A DNA stretch of 61,860 nucleotides, filler included, from Asterionella formosa (Eukaryota), in the NCBI GenBank assembly GCA_002256025.1. It is 9 parts of 9 records of this genome, joined end to end, with 100 filler letters (N's around TTAATTAATTAA, not from the genome) between each part and the next. Parts side by side here need not be neighbours in the genome. Positions count along the whole stretch, not along the records: positions 6,903 to 13,698 come from NKIB01012606.1; positions 13,799 to 20,579 come from NKIB01012607.1; positions 20,680 to 27,474 come from NKIB01012608.1; 6 more parts are not named here. One strand, written 5' to 3'. The notes beneath the pieces are model-generated. The model was not told the DNA's origin. It was given only the letters and a program-made list of their open reading frames with translations, and searched no databases. Made by a program: the position numbers and the translations under genes. Below, piece after piece: positions 10,537 through 21,557 of the stretch (position 1 is its first letter; each line of letters starts with the position of its first letter).

Positions 10537-12012
10537 ATGTCCTCATTCATATCAATTCTAACGAACGAAGTGACTCGTTTGCACGAGTTTTTCGTCGATT
10601 GGTTCACAGGCAAGCTAGAAAGGTCAGACGAGATGCTACAAAGCGCATGTATCAGCTACTTCCATGAGGACTTGCACTTCATTCCACCAGCGGGCATCGT
10701 TCTGTCGAGAGAGCAGCTCCTCGAGCGTCTAAAGAAATCACACAGAACTCGCGACAAAGATTTTGAGATTAATATTCATAATGTTCAGGTACTTCAAGAA
10801 CTTTCGTCCGAAACGACTTTTCTGATTAGCTACCAAGAATGGCAACGACACCAGCAAATGCTGACGGCGAGGCTCACCACTGCTATTTTGGAGATAACTG
10901 CCAGCAAAAAGGTACTATGGAGACATGTGCACGAAACATGGATCGACGGAAAGATTCCAGCTGACAATACCGCAATTGGAAAGCAACCTGGCATTCACAT
11001 ACCGACCGCATCAATTAAACCCAATGAAAACGGCAATTTCGACAAAACAAAATCTGCGGAAAATCATGCTCCATCACCGCTAATTTCTAGGAGACGGCAC
11101 ATATCTCCTCAACTTCCTAATTTTGGTGCTAGACCTATCTTGAGGGACCATGGTTGCATGGCCGGCATTGTCCTTCGAGAAGTACAAGTAGTAACTCTCC
11201 AGGGGACTATTGCCAGTGACAGTTGGTTGACTTCTACAAGTAACGACTTGGAAGCGCTTTGCCAATACAAAAATAGCACTACTGCTTTCTCCAAACGACG
11301 ACTCCTACTTCCTGAAATGGTATTTGATAAGGCTATCGTCAAAATAGTACTCCCCGACAACGTTTCCATTGAATGGACAGCAACTGGGGCACTCCAAGAA
11401 TGGGCCAAAGCTCATCAAGCCATTCCGGTGGGAGCAACGGATAGTCACAACGGGGTATCCGTGCTCAAGGCTCTAGATGCTCAATTATGGTCCACCAAAA
11501 AGGAGGCCACTACGGAATTTCATTATGATTGGTCCTTTAGTACTCCCTATCTTCAAACTGGAGGAACCAACTGGATTCCACTCAAATCATCTGGGATGAA
11601 TCAAGGATTGCTCCTGGATACATCACAACCGATTCTATACTTCGACGAAAATCAACTCTACGAAGATGACATGCATGACAATGGGGTAGTTAGCTTTAGA
11701 ATTAAAACTCGAGTCATGCCCACGTGCGTATTCATCCTCTCCCGACTATGGTTGCGAGTTGACGGTGTTGTGTTGCGGGTCAAGGAAACCCGAATCATGG
11801 TGGAATTTGGATCTCTGGCTGTCCATCGAGATGTGTTGTGGCGAGAGTGTCACTGGGAGAAGCTGAAAAATTACAGCTTGCCGACTGACGTGCGTGCATG
11901 GCGAAATGAAGATGGCGTGGAAACAGCGGCCTGGCAAGGCTTGATCAATCGGTTGCCGCAAGTGTCGTTGCCAGTTGGTATTCCACAGTTCGCAAAATTG
12001 GAGTACAGATAA
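10537..12012 (+). CDS. TIP41: Fusion protein: N-terminal NTF2/SnoaL-like (DUF4440-type) domain + C-terminal TIP41/TIPRL domain
   Basis: TIP41 motifs LPEMVF, YDWSFSTPY, ILYFDENQLYEDDMHDNG, KTRVMP, RVDGVVLRVKETR. N-terminal LHEFFVDWFTG...FIPPAG...YQEWQ...RLTTA...WRHVHETW. One uninterrupted ORF. Confidence 0.85.
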   Translation: MSSFISILTNEVTRLHEFFVDWFTGKLERSDEMLQSACISYFHEDLHFIPPAGIVLSREQLLERLKKSHRTRDKDFEINIHNVQVLQELSSETTFLISYQEWQRHQQMLTARLTTAILEITASKKVLWRHVHETWIDGKIPADNTAIGKQPGIHIPTASIKPNENGNFDKTKSAENHAPSPLISRRRHISPQLPNFGARPILRDHGCMAGIVLREVQVVTLQGTIASDSWLTSTSNDLEALCQYKNSTTAFSKRRLLLPEMVFDKAIVKIVLPDNVSIEWTATGALQEWAKAHQAIPVGATDSHNGVSVLKALDAQLWSTKKEATTEFHYDWSFSTPYLQTGGTNWIPLKSSGMNQGLLLDTSQPILYFDENQLYEDDMHDNGVVSFRIKTRVMPTCVFILSRLWLRVDGVVLRVKETRIMVEFGSLAVHRDVLWRECHWEKLKNYSLPTDVRAWRNEDGVETAAWQGLINRLPQVSLPVGIPQFAKLEYR

Positions 12013-12141
12013 GAATTCTTGCATTGCCTACCGTAGTGGAAGTACTGGTAGTGCACTTGTGTCATAAGTAGAAAAGGGGAGTAAAAATTCAACAAATGGC
12101 TGCTTATGTCTATGTAAGCATATATACTATCACCGTCATGT

Positions 12142-12913
12142 TTATCGTTTCAAATTATTCAACCTCGCCTCCAACTCACTCAAGGCCGGATCCGCACTTC
12201 CACCACCTGCTGCCTCAGCCACTTTCTGAGTAGGCGCACTTTCTGGCTGAGTTTGCATTCCGTTTGGCACATTTGGGATCTCTTCGCCGAAAGATATCCC
12301 AATCTCATCCAAGACTTGCGACACAATTCGGTCTTCTTCCTCTTCATTGTCCTCTCCTTCCATTGCATCGTCAAGCGCATCCCCCATGATTTCTTGCATC
12401 ATGTCCGTCTTTGCATTTTCTCGTTCAAATTCAGCCATCATTTTATTAATTGCTGGTACATCCACAGCCTTGTTCATTTTGTGCATAGCCTTGGCTGTAC
12501 TTGCCATGGCTTCGGCCATAGCTTGGTGCGATTTGACTGTTTGTAATTTCAAGGCACACCCCTGTAAATGGGATCGCATTTCAATAAATTTCGTAATATA
12601 CTGTCGCGTGCGAACCAGATCCTGTCGTATAGTGGCTAGTGTTAGTCTCTTCTTTACTTCTTTCTGTACTACAGATGATAGTATTGGATTCAGTAAGCCC
12701 CGGTTCCGATTCCTCATTTACCTTGGCCATAATCTTGACGGTTGACATTCGCTGCTGTTTGGCCGCACTCTTAATCTCGATCGTCAACCGCTTCTCTTCC
12801 CTTTCCAAGGCCATCTTTTCTCGGTCTAACTCGCGAATCGCTCTCGTAATCATTCGCTTGTTTTCGCGCAAGACTTCCTTAAGCGGCTTTTCCTTTCCGA
12901 ACATGTTGCCCAT
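12142..12913 (-). CDS. VPS2: ESCRT-III subunit Vps2/CHMP2A; intron 12622-12721
   Basis: FGKEKPLKEVLRENKRMITRAIRELDRE, KIMAK|DLVRTR joined by GTAAAT...ACAG intron, C-terminal MIM1 ELEARLNNLKR. Confidence 0.95.
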
Positions 12914-15641
12914 TTTGCGACGGGTTTAAATTAGACTTGAAAGTCGAATGTAATAAGAAACTGGGAAATGTCGCTGTTGGCAAAGCTGATGGGGTACTTG
13001 AGCACCGAAAAGCAGTGTGAATGCAAGAAACAACCGAGGGGGATCCAATGATATGGGATGTTGCGTTATTGCTTCTTCGCTCGGCGTGATCGAGAATTAA
13101 TCGTTTTTCGTTTGTTCGTGTAGTACTTCTCGCCAGTACTGAGATTTCTGTCTATGCAGTGGATGCAACGGCTGCCCACTTCATACATAGCACACAAATG
13201 TCATCCATTTTCTCCTTCGATTGTTCTCCGGTCTGGAATACCGGTACTCCATCAGGTACCAGGTACGGAGTACTAAACCAACGCACAAAAGCCTCCCTCC
13301 CCTGGTACCTGGTAGCAATCCCAACCAATTCATCGTACCTATCGTCTTGCTTTCGATGAGAACTGTTGATGTTTAAGTAATTTGTGGTATCTCTAAGTAA
13401 TTTTTGTGTTGAGGCAATATATGGGCACAGTGCATTTTTCAGTACCCTGTAGTCAATTTTAGGTTCGAGCAGGGACCATCGAGCAACGTCAGGAGTAGTA
13501 GTACATGAATAAAATTTTCATGGGAATGACGAACAAGTTTAAAAGCCACAACACATCAAGCATGAGGGAGCTGTGGATATCAAAAGATCGTCCATACCTT
13601 AGAGGTGATGGCATTAGAGTTACAAAGAAAAGATGCACATTTTCCATTCCTGTAAATGTCCCTTTGTAATTCGGGAATTAATCAATACCAAAACAAATNN
13701 NNNNNNNNNNNNNNNNNNNNNNNNNNNNNNNNNNNNNNNNNNTTAATTAATTAANNNNNNNNNNNNNNNNNNNNNNNNNNNNNNNNNNNNNNNNNNNNTT
13801 GCTTGATGTGGAGGGGAGCAAGTTGCTGTCGATAATACTATTAACACAAACTTATCTCCCATCACTTGTCCCCCCGTCACACTCATTGCTGATTCTGGTA
13901 GTTCTGGCAATTACGCCACTGTTGATTTACCTGTCATCAACAAACGACCTACCACCAACCCTATCACCATTCAACTTCCTAACGGCAACCATGTTAAATC
14001 TACACATGAGGCCGAATTATCTTTACCTATGCTCTTACCTGCTGCTCGTCATGTACACATTGTCCCTGGTCTACACAATTGCTCTTTATTGAGCATTGGA
14101 CAACTATGTGATTCTGGCTACGAGGTACTCTTCACCAAACTACACATGTCTGTCTTATCCGATGGTCATTGCATCCTTCAGGGCCATCGCTCCACCACCA
14201 CTCGATTATGGCATGTCACCACCACCTCAATTGATCCACCATTGCCTACCCCTACCCACTACGCTGCTGCCGCCATTGGCAGTCCCAATGCACCAGCACT
14301 TGTTGCTTTTGCCCATGCGGCCCTCTTTTCTCCTGTTCTCTCCACTTTGGAAAGCGCATTACTCCATGGGTATCTTGTCAATTTTCCAGGTCTAACCTTA
14401 GCTACACTACGCAAACATCCCCCTCATTCCATCGCAACCATCAAAGGCCACCTCGATCAAACACGTCAAAACGTACGATCCACACGTGTGCCCCCAACTA
14501 TCATTGAGCCTGAACTTGCATCCATTCCTACTACCAATGTGCTGGGTGATGCTGATTTCCACCCTGAGGGTCTTGCAACCCCTACCCATATGTGTTTTGC
14601 GTCCATTATTGCACCCACAGGCCAAATTTACACTGATCAAACCGGAAAATTCATACTCCCCTCCAGCACTGGAAACAACTACATCATGATTTTATATGAT
14701 TATGACAGCAACTACATTTTCGTTCAGCCCTTTCATAACCGAACCGCTTCATGCCTCCTTGCAGCATATAAAGCATTACATCAACGTTTGTGCAAAGCTG
14801 TCCTACGTCCCAAACTTCAACGCCTTGACAATGAGTGTTCTACACTCCTCAAAGACTTCTTGGACGCCGAAGCTATTGCCTTTCAGTTGGTCCCGCCGGC
14901 TGACCATCGTCGCAATGCCGCTGAACGTGCAATTCGCACCTTTCAAAATCATTTCATTGCCGGTCTACGCAGTGTTGACAAACACTTTCCTCTCCACTTG
15001 TGGGACCAACTATTAGTTCAAGCTGAACTTACTCTTAACCTCCTCCGTGGCTCACGCATCAACCCCAAACTGTCTGCTTGGGCACAGGTCAATGGAACCT
15101 ATGATTACAACCGTGTCCCCCTTGCTCCACCTGGCTGTTGGGTCCTTGTTTATGCCAAGCCCCAACACCGCACAACATGGGCTCCGCATGCTCTCGATGG
15201 TTGGTATGTCGGCCCTGCTGTGGATTCCTATCGCTGCTACCGCATCTGGATGTGGGACACACGTTCAATCAGAATCTGCGATACTGTCTCGTGGTTTCCA
15301 ACCAAAGTCCACCTACCCTGTAATTCATCCACTGACCTCATCACAACCAGTTTGCAGGACATTGCCTATGCCTTGTTACATCCCACCACTCGGTCTCCCG
15401 TTGCACCACTCACTGCAACCCACAAAGCTGCTCTCCAGCAGCTCCTTGAAATTCTCTCATCGCCTGAGCTCACCCAACTACCCATTGCTTCCCTCCTACA
15501 TCACCCCATTCCATCACTGAGGGTGCCCGGTACAACCACAGCATCCACCATCCCCCTTCTCCCTGATCCTGATCCTGATGCCTGTACACCTTTCCCGGTC
15601 TCTCCCGCCCTCGATGGCAATGCCCAACCACTGAGGGTGCT

Positions 15642-15747
15642 TAACCCTAACCCTACCCCAAACCCTACCGACCCGAGTGTTATTAACCCTACCCCAAACC
15701 CTAACCCTCACCTCGCCGGTAACCCTAACCCAACCCCTAACCCTACT
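15642..15747 (+). repeat. Degenerate telomere-type (CCCTAA)n tract encoding NPNPTPNP in the IN-RT linker
   Basis: taaccctaaccctaccccaaaccct...taaccctaccccaaaccctaaccct...taaccctaacccaacccctaaccct. Confidence 0.8.
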
Positions 15748-17795
15748 CCTAGGGCCCCCCTGCCAGTGGCAGCACGATCCTTCCGGCACCCTCTCGCACT
15801 TATCGCGATGCTGTTGTGCTGCCCAGTCCCCTACCACCTTCCCCTTCGGACACTTATGACACTACCACTGTGCCCAAGAGCCGTCGACCACATGCCAGCC
15901 ATCCCCACACCCAATCTTTGCTTGCCAACTGTGCTCTCTCTGCCCCTCCTCAAACCAGTGCTACTCCCCTGGCCACTAATTTTTGTTTCGATGGCACCGC
16001 TATCAACCCTGACAATGGCAAAATTGCTGGCTATCGAGAATTATTGACTTGCAGCACTGCTCCCCTGTGGGCCACTGCCAACGGCTTAGAAATTGGCCGG
16101 TTATTTCAGAGCTTGGGACCCCATTCTGACATGCCAACGGGTACTAATTGCTGTTTTTTCATTCATAAGCATGAAATGCCCTCACACAAACGCGCCACTT
16201 ACATCCGCATTGTGTGCGCCGATCGCCCTGAAAAAACCATTCCCCAACGCGTTCGTTGGACTGCTGGGGGTGATCGTGTCATTTACACTGGCAATGTCAG
16301 CACCAAGACTGCTGATCTCACTACTGCAAAATGTTTGTTCAACAGCACCATCAGTACCCCCAATGGCCGCTTCATGACTCTGGATTTATCTGATTTTTAT
16401 CTGGAAAGTCATCTTGCACCTGCCGAGTATGAATACGTGCTCATCCCTATATGGATGATCCCCCCACACATTCAAACCCTCTACAACCTAGCTCCCCAAA
16501 TCATTGATGGGCACATCTATGCCGAAATCCGTCGTGGCATGTATGGGCTGCCTCAAGCTGGTAAACTTGCCAATGATCAACTTGCTCAGTTCTTGTTGCT
16601 CCCGCATCATTACCTCCCCTGCCCAGTCACCCCTGGCCTACTATCGATGGATACCACCAGTGATCTCATGTTTACGCTTGTTGTTGATGATTTTGGTGTA
16701 CGTTACACCAAACGTAGTGACGTGGACTGTCTCCTCACCACTTTACGTACCAAATACCGACTGACAACTGATTGGACTGGCTCTCGATACATTGGCCTTA
16801 CACTGACGTGGGACTACGAACATCGCACAGTTGAACTCACTATGCCTGGTTACATTGTTCGTGCTATACAACGATTCACGCACTCCACCCCAACACACCC
16901 ACAACATGCCCCCCATGCCTGGACTGCACCTAGTTATGGCGCTCGCCAGCAATTTGTTGTTTCTGATGTCACCCCTGCCTGTCCTTGACCTCCATGATAA
17001 AACACGTGTGCAAGAGATTCTTGGTACTTTATTGTATTATGCCCGTGCTATTGACTGTACTATGTTGCCGGCCCTTGGTACATTGGCTACACAACAAGCA
17101 ACCCCCACTGTGGCTACCTTGACTGCTATTAGTACTCACCTTCTCAATTATTGTGCCACTCATCCTGAGGCCACACTTCGCTTTACTGCCAGTGACATGG
17201 TACTCCATGTTGAAAGCGATGCTTCCTATCTCTCTGAAACACGTGGTCGCTCCCGCGCTGCCGGCATTCACTTTCTCAGCTGTAAACCCGTGTCTCCACC
17301 TAGCCTCACTACATCCATCCCTCCCCTTAACGGTACTATTTACGTCCACTGTCAAATTCTTAAGGAGGTTGTATCAAGTGCTGCTGAGGCTGAATTAGCT
17401 GCTTTATTCCACAATGGCAAAGAGGCATATGCTATTCGCACCATTCTTGTTGAGCTTGGTCATCCCCAACCTTCTACCTGTATTGTCACCGATAATAGCA
17501 CTGCCAGTGGCATTGCCAATGATACCGTCTGACAAAAACGTTCCAAAGCTATGGATATGCGTTATTAATGGGTACGCGATCGGGTTCGCCAAGGCCAATT
17601 TCTTGTATACTGGAAAAAAGGTAGTTTGAATCGTGCTGATTATTTCACTAAACATCATCCCGCTTCGCCCGCACTATCTCCATTGCCCTCCATCCCTCCC
17701 TAGTCCTCCTAACTATTATGCCTGCTTGGCTTCCGATGCTGATATCATCTCCACCCCCGCTCCTGTTCTTCTGCCTGCATCTGTTGGTGAGGGTG

Positions 17796-17962
17796 TGTTA
17801 ATATCTGCATATGATGCTCCATACATTCGCCGTACGAACCATACCGGCGCAGCCACCAGATTAGGTACATGCGTGAGTGCTAACAACGATGTACTTGGAA
17901 CAGCAATAGAATAGTCATAATATTGTAGTTCACCTTTATTCACGATAAGGTTCCCCTCAACA
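17796..17962 (+). repeat. Putative 3' LTR (~167 bp) preceded by PPT-like GGTGAGGGTG
   Basis: Starts TGTTAA directly after the purine-rich tract and ends TCAACA (TG...CA termini). The 5' LTR is outside the contig, so boundaries are unconfirmed. Confidence 0.6.
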
Positions 17963-18285
17963 ATATGATCGAATCATTTACCAGTACTCAGATAGCTTTA
18001 TTATTATCGGAACGAATCGAAATGCATCAGCATTGCGCAGCACATGTCTTACATAGGCCTATGTACTGTATTATAGTGTCGAAAGTCGGTCAAACTCGGC
18101 CTATTGCTTAGTCCACCTAGCGGTATGATATTCATTTATAAAATAAATATAAAAATGATGATAAAACGGATGCATGCATCTGTTAGTATAGAAAGTATTC
18201 ATATAATAAAGGTAAATCAAATTGCTCCCCTCTTGCTATAGATTCTGTATTTTCTATATTTCACAGTCACAACCGACCGCATACA

Positions 18286-20169
18286 ATGTCCATCCACACC
18301 ATGTCTGTCGCACTACTACGAGTAGTGTCGTTGATATCCACAGCCTCGCTACCGGTATTCCTATTCGTAGGTGCAGATCTTCGAGTCGTTTGTCCCTCCG
18401 ACAGTTCCTTCTACGCGTACGATTCCATCGCTTCCATGAATGCTGATATTCTCCAAAAAGTCGACGCCATTAATTCTAGTCCACTGGTCAATGCCCAACC
18501 CAACTATACCTACAACTTTTGTCCAAACACCACCTTTGATGGGAACGATCGATTGACACCCCTATTGAACAATTCATTCTTTGTTTGCGGGCGGAACGGA
18601 CAAGCCAGTGACAATTGCATCATTGCCGGTGGTCAAGTGCAAATATACTTGACTGATGAAGCTACTACTGCTATTAATGCAAGTAACTTTTCATCCATCG
18701 TGCATGACTACCGGTACTCATTCTCGGGACTTACGTTGGATTCGAGTACGAACTTTGGAGTTGCAGCCTTTGGATCTAATGCATCGACTGCTGAATTCTT
18801 CGATTGTCATTGGAAGGTACGTTTGGCAGTGCTTTTTATTATTTATTTTCATGCATTTGTTTGTCATCATATCAATTGACTCTGACGTGTCGTTCAACAC
18901 AATGTATTCATACATTGTATCTCCAAACATACACTGTACCATTGTCTGTATAACATTTATTTCATAGAACAACTCCGGAGTAGACTCCAATACAGGAGGT
19001 GGATCCTCCATTCATATTGTTTACGAACCATTTGTTCCTGCAACAACATTGACACGAGAAGAAAGTTACTACTATTCCACAGGAGACGTTTCTATGACAA
19101 ACATATTTGAACAGAGTCATGCCATGCAGAATACTCCAATTGGTACCAACCGTCGTCGTCGTCGTCTTTTACAAAACCAACAAATTGGAATGAACATTCA
19201 CTTGTACAATTCAAGCATAACAAATGGGTTCCAAACCAATGCACTTACCTATCGAGCCATCTTTTCAGAAGGATTTATCCTGTTGCACAACGTTACGATT
19301 GCCTATAATAATGGAGGACTCCTGACCAACATTGTTGGAGGTAGGGCTGTTATTGAAAATTCATTGTTTGCGGAGAATGTCATGAGTGCGGTCATACGTG
19401 TGACCGAAGGGGGATCGTTACTGTTGCGGAATACAAAGTTTGTACAAAATCAAGGAACAGTAAGTGAACATAGCACATGCATCCAATATATGTTTCTTGT
19501 ATCTGTTGACTCTCCTTCATTACAATCGTGCACCAATAGGCAAACGTGGTTATTATCGATTCCGATGCCAAGATTGAATCTTGTGGTTACTTGGACAACA
19601 AATTAGTCACTGCTGAAATTTTTGCTGCTGCCAATTTTCTTACCAATAGCACCAACGGTTCAATGGTTGAGTTGTCAGATTCGTGTTTTGTCGGAAGCAC
19701 CGTATCCACCCCTGTCTTTGTTGATGAATTTTCAAACACAACAGGATGGAGCAACTTTGGAAGTAATCTCATCGTCTCGGGATTTTGTGTAAACAGTCCA
19801 TGGGGGATCTTCAGGGAAACACCTGGTTTTTCTTGTTTTCAAGGTGCATCGGGGATAGAAAACTGCAAGGGAGTATGTGAGCCATTTGATTCTGGAACAT
19901 GCATACTTGCGGATTTGACACGTATTCCGACCAATACGCCATCTCAACCTCCGACCATGGATCAAATGTATGCTCCAGTTCTCAGCCCATCGTTCGAACC
20001 TACAAGAACCCCATCCATGTTGGTTTCAGCAAATAACCCCTCGAACTCACCTATCATTTCGAAGTTGCCGACAGAGCCACTACCGTCATCAAGTTCTGCA
20101 TTAACTGTCGTTTCAAACGCAATTCGGTTCCTTATCAATTCACTCGTTTTGTTGGCAGTCCTTTTCTAG
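18286..20169 (+). CDS. Secreted, possibly GPI-anchored Cys-rich/beta-helix-like surface protein; introns 18817-18967 and 19460-19539
   Basis: Hydrophobic leader; GTACGT...ATAG and GTAAGT...ATAG introns link three ORFs in frame; NxxF..N beta-helix-like repeats; RRRRRLLQ site; P/S/T stalk; hydrophobic tail SSSALTVVSNAIRFLINSLVLLAVLF. Confidence 0.75.
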
Positions 20170-20681
20170 GCCAATGTGGGTGGTTGAAACTGAAATAACT
20201 CTTTTCCCTTTCTAAATACTAGATGCTATGTAAATATGATGATGAAAATACCAAAAGGAATGTATGGGACAGCTAAAATTAGTTCTTCTGGCAGGCGAAA
20301 CTAGATGGAGAGCACGTAAATTAAACTGTGACAAAAATTTTGAAAACGACCTCGATTGGCATGAGAAAAAGGGATTGTATATCCAGCTACATGAACTTTT
20401 TAACGTTGCGAAATTTCTTTCCATCAATTCAGTAGAATCGAAGTGCACTGGTAATCCCATGAAAGCAACCTACTCGTATGAGTGGGAAAGTAGTGCTAAC
20501 AAGTAAACACGTCCCAATCGTTCTAAATCCTCCAACGCTGCCAGACCATCAGGTCCTTCGCCATGAATGCCGCCGTCACNNNNNNNNNNNNNNNNNNNNN
20601 NNNNNNNNNNNNNNNNNNNNNNNTTAATTAATTAANNNNNNNNNNNNNNNNNNNNNNNNNNNNNNNNNNNNNNNNNNNNAA

Positions 20682-21557
20682 ATGTCTGAAGAGAGCATGA
20701 GGCTCATCAAGTTTGATGGCAACGAAACGAACTGGTACCAGTGGAGCGTTAAAACGCTCGCTCTGGCGAAGGCAAGAGGATTCCGAACGATGTACTCCAA
20801 GAACCATAACCCGTGTTCTGACGAAGAGTACGAAGTCGAGACAGACAAAGGAGTCAGGGCTATCTACGAGGCCAACGACAAGGCGTACCAGTTGCTCATC
20901 ATGAGCTGCACCGGAATCGCCTTCGGACTCGTAAACCAAGCCAAAACGAAAACGTTGATCGATGGCGATGCATACATGGCGTGGAAGAACCTCGAAGCGA
21001 GGTATGCCCCCCATTCTGTGTCGGACCTGATCCAGCTGGCAAGCGATTTCAACAAATGCAAGCTGAACGATAGCTCCTCTGATCCAGACGAATGGTTCAT
21101 TGAGCTCGATCTAATACAAAGCAAGATGATGGCGATCGACCCGTCATTTGAGAAGAAAGAAATGGAAGTGATTGCGAACGTAATCGACAAGCTTCCAGTG
21201 GAGTACAGCGAGGTTGTGACAGTCGTCGAGGGCATGACAACAATCAGCCTCAACGAATTGAAAGGCAAAATCCGAGCATTCTACAAACGAAAGCTAAAGG
21301 GCACGAAGAGCACAAAGGAGATCGCCCTATTCACGCAGAAATACAGAGGTATCTGCAAGAACTGCGGCAAACAAGGGCACAAGGCCGACGTGTGCCGATC
21401 GAAAACGAACACAAGCGGAACGAATGCAAACGGTACGAACGAAAAAAATGAGATAAAGTGCTATAATTGCAATAAATATGTCGGGCATATTGCAAGAGAC
21501 TGTCCGGAACCAAAACGCGCACCACGCGGCGAGAAGAAAAAAGTAAACTCACAATAA
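20682..21557 (+). mobile_element. Copia-type gag ORF (UBN2-like region + two CCHC zinc knuckles), no pol downstream
   Basis: FDG..NWYQWSVK, AWKNLEARY, DPDEWFIEL, LPVEYSEVV; knuckles CKNCGKQGHKADVC and CYNCNKYVGHIARDC; intact 291-aa frame. Confidence 0.85.

Larger units (their letters stand above)
13799..17962 (+). mobile_element. Ty1/Copia (CoDi-like) LTR retrotransposon, pol region + 3' LTR; defective and cut off at the 5' contig edge
   Basis: PR IADSGSSGNY (~13885); IN YTDQTG/RLDNE/NAAERAI; RT DLSDFYL, GMYGLPQAG, LVVDDFGV; RH ESDASY, SAAEAE, TDNSTA, ADYFTKHH. Order PR-IN-RT-RH. Frameshifts near 15.8-16.0 kb and ~16980; stops in RH near 17530 and 17566. Confidence 0.95.

Noticed and set aside
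15642..15747. True telomere or chromosome end
   Set aside because: Short, degenerate, internal and in frame within pol.
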